A DNA stretch of 64,000 nt, taken from contig CM097882.1 of the NCBI GenBank assembly GCA_044892505.1, positions 240,622,001-240,686,000 on the forward strand, read 5' to 3'. How positions within the stretch are numbered: position 1 is the first letter of the stretch; every line of letters starts with the position of its first letter. The translations under genes and the position numbers were made by a program. The notes under the pieces were generated by a model that saw only the letters and a list, made by a program, of their open reading frames with translations, did no database searches and was not told where the DNA came from. The DNA is from Schmidtea nova (Eukaryota). Positions 1 through 8,923 of the stretch are shown here, one piece after another.

Positions 1-19
1 AAAATTTATTAAATAACAA

Positions 20-436
20 TTAGGCGTATCGTGCATTATCAACTCTCCAAATTGGAGTTGTCACTTCCTTTTTATCAACCTTGTATCCTTGAATGATTAT
101 CGTAACGAACCAGTGTTCTTGATCAATGAAATCGATTGTTTGATAAGCATTATGGAAACGAGTCTTCCTGTTATTGATATACATCGTTTCTTTACAAATT
201 AAATTCACATTGATTTTTGAAAATACTCTATTTAGTGCGATAATATCCTCTTTATCAATAATAATAGATAGACTATCATACAACGACTTTGTTAATTTTA
301 CGGGATAAGATAAGCGAAACGGAATTTCTTCTACCAAGAAATAGATTCGGCTATCATAATACATCTGGACTGGTTTCACCTCAGTCGGGAATAATCTTTC
401 TTCGCTGACATCATAACCTCGTTTTCGTGAATCCAT
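20..436 (-). CDS. Polinton accessory protein, 138 aa (mirror copy of 4710-5126)
   Basis: Same translation as 4710-5126; homologous to the TIR ORFs 24996-25412 and 40743-41159. Confidence 0.8.
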   Translation of the reverse strand: MDSRKRGYDVSEERLFPTEVKPVQMYYDSRIYFLVEEIPFRLSYPVKLTKSLYDSLSIIIDKEDIIALNRVFSKINVNLICKETMYINNRKTRFHNAYQTIDFIDQEHWFVTIIIQGYKVDKKEVTTPIWRVDNARYA

Positions 437-922
437 TTTTATAAATTGTGACAAATTTGTAGAAATGACTTTGTATTTATAGTGAGGACTGGATGCCTTT
501 GTCCAATCACAATCATGCATTTGTATTGCACACGTTATGCATGTCTTTGTTTTAAGTGTGTGTGTGTGTGTTGTATTTTGTACATTTATATTTATATCAC
601 AATAATTTATTTATTTATTTATTTCACAATAATTTTTATTCAAATACTATTTTTTAATCTTAGTAAATAAAAAGTTTAATACTAATTATTTAAAGTTAAA
701 ATAATTAATTAAATTCAAAATAATAACTTAAAGTCAAATAAAAACTATTACTTAAATAATATTACTAATAAACTATTACTAGTAACTAATTAAAAACTAA
801 AACTATTACTAAAAAACTAATAAAAACTAATAAAACTAAAACTAAAACTAAAAAATAAAAACATTTATTAATATGAAAAAACCTAAAATGACAAAAACTA
901 GAAAATGACAGTTTACAAAATG

Positions 923-1395
923 TTATTCAGCTACTCGGTGACATTCGTCACAATCTGGAGATTCGGGAGACTCCATTGGCTCATCGGATTTGAGAGGATA
1001 TGGCCCATCCAGAGTTGGGCAATCAGAATGAGCCGGACAATCTGTAGATTCAATCGATTGATCTGGAGTTGAATTTGGCCAGGACTCCTTCATATCTTCA
1101 TCTTCTTCCTCAATTGTTTCGAGGTTTTGAGTCTCGAATTCTTTTAGGGCGTTTCTGAGGAGCCAAATATTGAATCGGCGGATCCTCTCAACGCAATTTC
1201 CACACTGATATGCGCAGAGGATATGTTCCGAAACGTGGGGCAAATCATTGTGAATATTTGCCAGATGGTCGAGGACGATTTGGTTGACATCGATCCCGGT
1301 CATGATCTGGATCTTGTACGGCAGAATTTCTGCTGCCGTGTATGCCAAGGTAGGCATTAATTTCGGGAAGATTTCTTCGAGCTTGCCCAGGACCA
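923..1395 (-). pseudogene. Mirror copy of exon 2 of the Cys/His acidic-tail ORF, lacking its 5' exon and fused out of frame to integrase
   Basis: Reverse complement of 3753-4225; junction with integrase sequence at 1395/1396. Confidence 0.85.
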
Positions 1396-1686
1396 ACGCG
1401 CAAAACGACTGTAAACATCAATACATGTTAAAATATACTTGTATCCCTTGTTAATTTTTGAATACGGAATCATTTCCATCAAATCCATTTGCCACAAATC
1501 ATTGATTCTATACGTTTTATATGATCTAGTTGGAAACCGTTTCAGCATCGGTTTGTTTAGACTGTATGCAAGTTGCCCCGATAACCAGCTTTGTGTCTGT
1601 TGTTTCGACTTCTGTACTTTTTTCCTTAACTTTTCGACTCCACCGAAACCGGCTTCGTCTTTTGAGTTCGTCCAGATCTTCTCCAT
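1396..1686 (-). pseudogene. Polinton integrase 5' fragment, truncated after the first catalytic Asp
   Basis: MEKIWTN..GFGGVEKL..WQMDLMEM..YILTCIDVYSRFAR, nearly identical to 29524-29815, then switches to unrelated sequence. Confidence 0.92.
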
Positions 1687-1741
1687 TACAACAAGAAGAT
1701 TTAAAGTTTAAATTTAAATTAGGTAATGATTGACCCATTGT

Positions 1742-2272
1742 TTATGACGTTCTTTTTCCCAATAAACCAGCACCACCTAATAACGATAAAGCTAGGGGTA
1801 ATAATGCGGCAATAAACCCTCCTTGTTGTTTATATATTATTTTACGCATAAGTTTTTTATTTTTTGTTTTTACAAGTGATAACAATGGTTTTTTATGCTT
1901 GTTCAAAACCCGACGATTAGAAGGAGTTAGATTCATTTTACCTCTAACGACTTTAATTAAAATAGCGAGTAAATCATCAATGACGTAATTGGGAAACGAC
2001 TGAAGAATACCCATTCTTCTAGCACTGGGGGCTTTTAGCAATGCATTAAAGAACGGAAAACTCCGATGATGTATTTGTTTAGGATTAGATTTCAAAATAG
2101 GGGGAATTTGATTTTGTTTGGGAAAATTATCCATAATTAGTTTTTTCGAAGGAGTATAACTAGTTTTAGAAATGGGTTTCGAAACTGATTTCTTTGTTTT
2201 CTTTGTTTTCTTTGTTTTCTTCATTGTTTTTCTTGCCTTTATCAAGCGTTCAAACTTTACTCTAGATTTCAT
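1742..2272 (-). CDS. Basic Polinton core protein with an adenovirus pX-like C-terminus
   Basis: Lys-rich N-terminus; C-terminal QQGG-FIAALLPLALSLLGGAGLLG resembles the adenoviral pX GG-F hydrophobic tail; lies between ATPase and integrase. Confidence 0.6.
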   Translation of the reverse strand: MKSRVKFERLIKARKTMKKTKKTKKTKKSVSKPISKTSYTPSKKLIMDNFPKQNQIPPILKSNPKQIHHRSFPFFNALLKAPSARRMGILQSFPNYVIDDLLAILIKVVRGKMNLTPSNRRVLNKHKKPLLSLVKTKNKKLMRKIIYKQQGGFIAALLPLALSLLGGAGLLGKRTS

Positions 2273-2298
2273 TAATATGATTACTACTGTAAATATAT

Positions 2299-2922
2299 TT
2301 AACTTTGTTTATAAACCATGGCTCCTTCCTTGTTAAAAATATCAGTTCTAACTCTTAAATCATCACTGCATTGTTGCGTAAAATCCAAGAAAAGATATCC
2401 ATGAGGAGATTTTGTAGCATCCTGAAACGCATCAATCAAGAAATTCCGATTAGAGGGGTATGCTTGTCTTGCCAGAAAATCAATAACTGTTGCATCACGA
2501 GGATTTTTAAAAACAACAAGATATTGAACATTTAAATTACGAGTTTGATGACTACCACCCTGATGAAATAAATTCTGAGTAATAAAAATAACTGTAACAC
2601 CTTTGTGTCTAGCGATTTTCGTAAATAAATTATTAAAATCCTTTTCTTTATTTGCTTCTTGATACAAGTCATCAATAATAATCACATCCCCTTCTCTTAA
2701 TCTAGATGACCAGTTTTTATCGAAACCTTTTATGATTGTCATTTTTATTTTACAAAACTGATCTTGAGTCATACCGCTTTCGTCGTCAGCACCCCTATGC
2801 CAATAAATTTTATTAAACTTTGATTTGAATAATTTAGATTGTAATAATTTACAAACAAACAAAGTTTTTCCGCTCCCGCTCGGGCCGACAATTTGGTACA
2901 CTGCATCATTTCTTAATTCCAT
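2299..2922 (-). CDS. A32/FtsK-like genome-packaging ATPase, intact, 207 aa
   Basis: Walker A GPSGSGKT, Walker B VIIIDD, ARH..VTVIFITQNLF motif and GYLFLD motif typical of Polinton ATPases. Confidence 0.92.
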   Translation of the reverse strand: MELRNDAVYQIVGPSGSGKTLFVCKLLQSKLFKSKFNKIYWHRGADDESGMTQDQFCKIKMTIIKGFDKNWSSRLREGDVIIIDDLYQEANKEKDFNNLFTKIARHKGVTVIFITQNLFHQGGSHQTRNLNVQYLVVFKNPRDATVIDFLARQAYPSNRNFLIDAFQDATKSPHGYLFLDFTQQCSDDLRVRTDIFNKEGAMVYKQS

Positions 2923-3011
2923 GTTTGTAATTATTTATTAGTATTATTATTGTTTATATTGATTAAAATATTAATTATCTCTTTGTTGTTAGATTTAAAA
3001 TATTTTTAATA

Positions 3012-3479
3012 ATGATTAGAAACATTAATTACAAGGGTAAGACAGATGTGTCGCACATGATATTTCCAACTGGGAAACCACAGCAAATTGTAGATAGAAG
3101 TGGAAAATACCCAATAATATACTTTAAGACAGGCAGATATAGAATAATGGGATGCAAGGAATTTATTAGTGATGAAAAAGTAAAGTCTCACGATTTAACA
3201 ATACAATCGATAACTGTGACTGCAGATTTAGGATTTATTTGTAATTTAAATGAGTTATCTAAATTGATTCCATGTGTTTATGAACCAGAATTATTTCCAG
3301 CTTTAAGATATACAAAATATAATCCAATGTGTGTCAATATTTTTGCTAGTGGTAAAGTAGTCATATTAGGATTAAAAAATAAAGACTATGCTAATATAGT
3401 TGATAATATTATTAACGATATAAAATCAATTATAGAAGATAAAGCCTTTGTTGATTTCATACTAACATGTGACTCATGA
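3012..3479 (+). CDS. TATA-binding-protein (TBP)-like protein, 155 aa, Polinton-encoded
   Basis: IQSITVTADL..LNEL..YEPELFPAL.Y..NPMCVNIFASGKVVILGLK matches TBP repeat 2 (IQN.V.S.D..YEPELFPGL.Y....VLLIF.SGKVVLTGAK); degenerate repeat 1 (IIYFKTGRYRIMGCK); second copy at 26723-27189. Confidence 0.85.
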   Translation: MIRNINYKGKTDVSHMIFPTGKPQQIVDRSGKYPIIYFKTGRYRIMGCKEFISDEKVKSHDLTIQSITVTADLGFICNLNELSKLIPCVYEPELFPALRYTKYNPMCVNIFASGKVVILGLKNKDYANIVDNIINDIKSIIEDKAFVDFILTCDS

Positions 3480-3514
3480 CTGCAATATTCATGCACTGGA
3501 AATGCACGATTCTG

Positions 3515-3625
3515 ATTGGTCGAGTGTGTATCGATAGAATAAAGACATGTTGTGCATGCTTGATTCTTATTGGTTGAAAGTTGTTCATTTCGTACATGAT
3601 GTGTGTTTCTATCGTATATATACTA
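3515..3625 (+). promoter_or_regulatory. Putative Pol II promoter: two ATTGG (reverse CCAAT) boxes plus a TATA-like element
   Basis: ATTGG at 3515 and 3569, TATATATA at 3615, ATG at 3656; conserved in copy 2 (about 26575-26690, minus strand). Confidence 0.55.
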
Positions 3626-3655
3626 AGAACATTCTCTCATAATTTAGAATTAAAA

Positions 3656-4225
3656 ATGTGCTTACAAGAAAATATGATTAAAAATGGTAAAGATTTTAAT
3701 TAATCTTTTTTCAATTTAAAATTATTTCTTTTTTCAGGAAAACTGATGAACGTGGTCCTGGGCAAGCTCGAAGAAATCTTCCCGAAATTAATGCCTACCT
3801 TGGCATACACGGCAGCAGAAATTCTGCCGTACAAGATCCAGATCATGACCGGGATCGATGTCAACCAAATCGTCCTCGACCATCTGGCAAATATTCACAA
3901 TGATTTGCCCCACGTTTCGGAACATATCCTCTGCGCATATCAGTGTGGAAATTGCGTTGAGAGGATCCGCCGATTCAATATTTGGCTCCTCAGAAACGCC
4001 CTAAAAGAATTCGAGACTCAAAACCTCGAAACAATTGAGGAAGAAGATGAAGATATGAAGGAGTCCTGGCCAAATTCAACTCCAGATCAATCGATTGAAT
4101 CTACAGATTGTCCGGCTCATTCTGATTGCCCAACTCTGGATGGGCCATATTCTCTCGAATCCGATGAGCCAATGGAGTCTCCCGAATCTCCAGATTGTGA
4201 CGAATGTCACCGAGTAGCTGAATAA
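3656..4225 (+). CDS. Two-exon Polinton accessory gene (exons 3656-3686 and 3738-4225; 51-bp intron), 172 aa, Cys/His cluster and acidic tail
   Basis: GTAAAG..TTTTCAG intron restores the frame MCLQENMIKN-G-KLMNVV; same intron at 26459-26509 in copy 2; HILCAYQCGNC motif. Confidence 0.75.
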
Positions 4226-4638
4226 CATTTTGTAAACTGTCATTTTCTAGTTTTTGTCATTTTAGGTTTTTTCATATTAATAAATGTTTTTATTTTTTAG
4301 TTTTAGTTTTAGTTTTATTAGTTTTTATTAGTTTTTTAGTAATAGTTTTAGTTTTTAATTAGTTACTAGTAATAGTTTATTAGTAATATTATTTAAGTAA
4401 TAGTTTTTATTTGACTTTAAGTTATTATTTTGAATTTAATTAATTATTTTAACTTTAAATAATTAGTATTAAACCTTTTATTTACTAAGATTAAAAAATA
4501 GTATTTGAATAAAAATTATTGTGAAATAAATAAATAAATAAATTATTGTGATATAAATATAAATGTACAAAATACAACACACACACACACTTAAAACAAA
4601 GACATGCATAACGTGTGCAATACAAATGCATGATTGTG

Positions 4639-4672
4639 ATTGGACAAAGGCATCCAGTCCTCACTATAAATA
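4639..4672 (+). promoter_or_regulatory. ATTGG-N21-TATAAATA promoter of the 138-aa ORF
   Basis: ATTGG 4639-4643, TATAAATA 4665-4672, ATG 4710; same spacing at 40672/40698. Confidence 0.6.
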
Positions 4673-4709
4673 CAAAGTCATTTCTACAAATTTGTCACAA
4701 TTTATAAAA

Positions 4710-5126
4710 ATGGATTCACGAAAACGAGGTTATGATGTCAGCGAAGAAAGATTATTCCCGACTGAGGTGAAACCAGTCCAGATGTATTATGATAGCCGAA
4801 TCTATTTCTTGGTAGAAGAAATTCCGTTTCGCTTATCTTATCCCGTAAAATTAACAAAGTCGTTGTATGATAGTCTATCTATTATTATTGATAAAGAGGA
4901 TATTATCGCACTAAATAGAGTATTTTCAAAAATCAATGTGAATTTAATTTGTAAAGAAACGATGTATATCAATAACAGGAAGACTCGTTTCCATAATGCT
5001 TATCAAACAATCGATTTCATTGATCAAGAACACTGGTTCGTTACGATAATCATTCAAGGATACAAGGTTGATAAAAAGGAAGTGACAACTCCAATTTGGA
5101 GAGTTGATAATGCACGATACGCCTAA
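4710..5126 (+). CDS. Polinton accessory protein, 138 aa, function unknown
   Basis: Start placed at the ATG downstream of the TATA box, which gives the same length as the copy 2 homologue; four copies in the window. Confidence 0.8.
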   Translation: MDSRKRGYDVSEERLFPTEVKPVQMYYDSRIYFLVEEIPFRLSYPVKLTKSLYDSLSIIIDKEDIIALNRVFSKINVNLICKETMYINNRKTRFHNAYQTIDFIDQEHWFVTIIIQGYKVDKKEVTTPIWRVDNARYA

Positions 5127-5191
5127 TTGTTATTTAATAAATTTTACTATGAACAAATTTAGTTTTTTATTTTATTTTGTATTTATTTAAA

Positions 5192-5774
5192 ATGAAACTG
5201 CTTATAACCATGTTTGTATTTTTATTGTGTGTTCAAAATACTGATGGAGAACAGGCTTTAGAAGCTTGCCAATCAACCCATCCGTTTAGAAGAGAAGATA
5301 GTACTTGTGCGAGTTATAATGAAATATGTGTTTACTCAAACACTGAATGCAATCAAATAAAATTACAATGTGATCAATGTCCTTCAAAAAATAATTTGAT
5401 TAATAATAATGATATTGAAAAAATAATTAGCAAAATAAAATTACAATGTCCCTCAAAAAATGATTTGATTAATAATGAAATGGAAAAAATAATGATGAAA
5501 ATAATGATGAAAATTGTTGAAAGTTTGAAATGTACGAATCAAACAATTGTTAAAAAACAATATGAAGTCAGATACCAAAATCAAACAGTTGAAAGCGAAA
5601 AAACATCGATAGTTTTACATTACATAAGTTTATTCATATTAATAATGATCTTGATATTGGCAACATCGATAAGGTTAGAGAATATTAATAAGAATAAAAT
5701 TCCTGTAAATAATGTTCCTATGAATAATATTCCTAGTAGTAATAATTTTGAATCCAAATTTTGTACACGTTCGC
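5192..5774 (+). CDS. Predicted type I membrane protein (signal peptide, Cys-rich ectodomain, TM helix); 3' end in gap
   Basis: MKLLITMFVFLLCVQNTDG signal-like segment; C-x12-C-x2-Y-x3-C-x6-C-x6-C-x2-C cluster; IVLHYISLFILIMILILATSI TM; absent from copy 2. Confidence 0.6.
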
Positions 5775-6028
5775 NNNNNNNNNNNNNNNNNNNNNNNNNN
5801 NNNNNNNNNNNNNNNNNNNNNNNNNNNNNNNNNNNNNNNNNNNNNNNNNNNNNNNNNNNNNNNNNNNNNNNNNNNNNNNNNNNNNNNNNNNNNNNNNNNN
5901 NNNNNNNNNNNNNNNNNNNNNNNNNNNNNNNNNNNNNNNNNNNNNNNNNNNNNNNNNNNNNNNNNNNNNNNNNNNNNNNNNNNNNNNNNNNNNNNNNNNN
6001 NNNNNNNNNNNNNNNNNNNNNNNNNNNN
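5775..6028. other. Assembly gap; others at 7791-8370, 8455-8734, 35147-35477, 39634-39928 and 44394-44521
   Basis: N runs. Confidence 1.
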
Positions 6029-7035
6029 AGAACGCGCGTTTCACGCGCGTTCAATGAGTACTGTGATTTGTCTTATAAAACAAGGAAGAAGAACGCGCGT
6101 TTCACGCGCGTTCAATGAGTACAGTAATTTGTCTTAAACACACACACACAATTTATCTCTGTACAAAAAATTATTATTATTAAAAATTATATTTCATTAG
6201 TCTTTGTTTCGTTGCACATGGATTTCATTGTCTTTGTTAATATTTGTTGATGAGTCATACTGATGAGTCATTCTGATGAGTCATACTGATGAGTCATCCC
6301 AATGAGTCATTAAGAAAACCGTACTTACCTTTATATCCTTGTTTTGTACCCTTTGATGGTTGAGCACCCGCCATAGACCTTGGAAGGTATGACCATTGTG
6401 TGCACCTTTCAATTACCTTTTGTTTGATATGTATATTATAAGGATTGAAAAAGGTTGAAGGCTTTTGACCCCTTGAAGGTTAAGGACCCTCCATACACCT
6501 TCGAGGGTATGACCATCTTACTTACCTCCCAATTACCTTTTGTTTGATATGTATATTATAAGGATTGTAAAAGGTTGAAGGTTTTTGACCCCTTGAAGGT
6601 TAAGGATCCTCCATACACCTTCGAGGGTATGACCATCTTACTTACCTCCCAATTACCTTTTGTTTGATATGTATATTATAAGGATTGTAAAAGGTTGAAG
6701 GTTTTTGACCCCTTGAAGGTTAAGGACCCTCCATACACCTTCGAGGGTATGACCATTGGATAGACCTTTAAAAGACCTTTCGAATGATACCCTTGTTTGA
6801 AAGTCTGACCTTATTGGACCCTTGGGAATTTAAATTCAAAATTTGAATTTGAAATGAGTCATCGATGACGTCATAAAATTCAAATTTGAAATGAGTCATC
6901 GATGACGTCATCGATTAGTCATCGATGACGTCATTTATGAGTCATCCCGGGGGAGGGGGAGGGGGTATGGGTTACTCATCGATGACGTCATTTCCTTTGT
7001 TCTGCGATGACTCATGGTGCACACTTCTGTCTACT
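6029..7035. repeat. Terminal (TIR-type) region of Polinton copy 1
   Basis: Same order of subrepeats as 41260-42185: ACGCGCGT hairpin repeats, 120-bp minisatellite, AP-1/CRE array, CTACT end. Confidence 0.85.
6361..6780. repeat. 120-bp tandem minisatellite (about 3.5 units)
   Basis: Lines starting 6421, 6541 and 6661 are near-identical (tgtttgatatgtatattataaggattg...). Confidence 0.95.
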
Positions 7036-7629
7036 GGATACCCTGAAGACTTTGTAAAGAAACATTTCCTTAACGAACCATACCACAATAAACGCAACAA
7101 TAGAAAACACCAGAAACACAATAACAATAACAAACACACAACATATCTAAGATTACCTTACCTAAATGACACTACAGCCAACAAAATCACCAGCATTTTT
7201 AATCAAACAGATTTGCCTATCCACATCCGTCCAACATTCATAACCTCCGCACCGTTAAAATCACAACTCCGAAAGCCACCAATTTCCAACATCTCGAAAC
7301 ATAAATGTCTTTGCCGTTCCACAACCCGATGCTTTTGCTTTTCCAAAAATATAGTATAAAAACTTTCTTGTCAAAAATGTGATGCTACTTACATAGGAGA
7401 AACACATAGAACTTTTCGCACCCGACTTAATGAACATACTAAAATCAAAACCAGTAATTATTACGAACACTGGGAAAAAGTACATAAAACAACTCCATCT
7501 ATAGAAGAAACAAAATGCCAGATCCTACAAGAGGGATTCAAAAATTCATTACAAAGATTAGCTTCCGAGACTTTTTTCATAAAAAAATACAAACCGTCCA
7601 TCAACATTCAATTCGCACAAAAAAATTAA
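7036..7629 (+). mobile_element. Penelope-like element 3' fragment (end of RT plus GIY-YIG endonuclease), one nonsense codon
   Basis: GYP..F, then KNIV*KLSCQKCDATYIGETHRTFRTRLNEH..E..FIKKYKPSINIQ, the PLE GIY-YIG signature. Confidence 0.88.
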
Positions 7630-8734
7630 AATAAATTTTTTCATCCAATAAAATCATTATAAAATATTAAAAAAATAATTAAGGCTACTATTTAGGATTA
7701 AGTAAATATAACGATAGAAATACACACTTGATAAAGGCTGTGCCGAAATATTGTGTTATTGTTTATAAAAAAAAATTTGATCTATAGTCANNNNNNNNNN
7801 NNNNNNNNNNNNNNNNNNNNNNNNNNNNNNNNNNNNNNNNNNNNNNNNNNNNNNNNNNNNNNNNNNNNNNNNNNNNNNNNNNNNNNNNNNNNNNNNNNNN
7901 NNNNNNNNNNNNNNNNNNNNNNNNNNNNNNNNNNNNNNNNNNNNNNNNNNNNNNNNNNNNNNNNNNNNNNNNNNNNNNNNNNNNNNNNNNNNNNNNNNNN
8001 NNNNNNNNNNNNNNNNNNNNNNNNNNNNNNNNNNNNNNNNNNNNNNNNNNNNNNNNNNNNNNNNNNNNNNNNNNNNNNNNNNNNNNNNNNNNNNNNNNNN
8101 NNNNNNNNNNNNNNNNNNNNNNNNNNNNNNNNNNNNNNNNNNNNNNNNNNNNNNNNNNNNNNNNNNNNNNNNNNNNNNNNNNNNNNNNNNNNNNNNNNNN
8201 NNNNNNNNNNNNNNNNNNNNNNNNNNNNNNNNNNNNNNNNNNNNNNNNNNNNNNNNNNNNNNNNNNNNNNNNNNNNNNNNNNNNNNNNNNNNNNNNNNNN
8301 NNNNNNNNNNNNNNNNNNNNNNNNNNNNNNNNNNNNNNNNNNNNNNNNNNNNNNNNNNNNNNNNNNNNNNTTATTATTTTCAAAGTTATTTTTCAGACTG
8401 AACCGGAAATATAAAAGTTTATAAAATTAATAAATAATTAAAAATAAATTAATANNNNNNNNNNNNNNNNNNNNNNNNNNNNNNNNNNNNNNNNNNNNNN
8501 NNNNNNNNNNNNNNNNNNNNNNNNNNNNNNNNNNNNNNNNNNNNNNNNNNNNNNNNNNNNNNNNNNNNNNNNNNNNNNNNNNNNNNNNNNNNNNNNNNNN
8601 NNNNNNNNNNNNNNNNNNNNNNNNNNNNNNNNNNNNNNNNNNNNNNNNNNNNNNNNNNNNNNNNNNNNNNNNNNNNNNNNNNNNNNNNNNNNNNNNNNNN
8701 NNNNNNNNNNNNNNNNNNNNNNNNNNNNNNNNNN

Positions 8735-8910
8735 AATTAAAATTAAATTGACTTCATTTAAACAAAAAATTTAAATTTAAAAATTAACTTCATTTAAACA
8801 AAATTAAAAATTAAAAATTCACTTAATTTAAACAAAATTAAAAATTAAAAAAATTTTAGGGGGGGGGTAAAAATTTTTTTAGGGGGGGTTAAAAAATTTT
8901 TTTAGGGGGG
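8735..8910. repeat. Short AT-rich tandem repeats followed by three TTTTAG(G)n runs
   Basis: acttcatttaaacaaaa repeated about every 34 bp; three long G-runs in 8858-8910. Confidence 0.8.
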
Positions 8911-8923
8911 TCTGTTCCTGTTC

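Larger units (their letters stand above)
1..1395. repeat. Left arm of a long inverted duplication (partner 3753-5145)
   Basis: Position 1 pairs with 5145 and 1395 with 3753. Only a few substitutions and one TG-unit difference seen by eye (e.g. PYPLKS vs PYSLES). Confidence 0.95.
1..7035. mobile_element. Polinton/Maverick copy 1, internally deleted and rearranged; left part lies outside the window
   Basis: Carries homologues of the copy 2 genes (integrase 5' part, pX-like ORF, ATPase, TBP-like ORF, two accessory ORFs). Subterminal TGAGTCA arrays end in CTACT at 7031-7035, like the copy 2 terminus. Confidence 0.9.

Noticed and set aside
6250-6320. CTGATGAG repeats resembling a hammerhead ribozyme core
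   Set aside because: No stem II followed by GAAA and no cleavage-site helix; the string is a by-product of the TGAGTCA array.
5620-8424. Long ORFs spanning N runs (also 35114-35488 and 39537-40013)
   Set aside because: Artefacts of translating assembly gaps.
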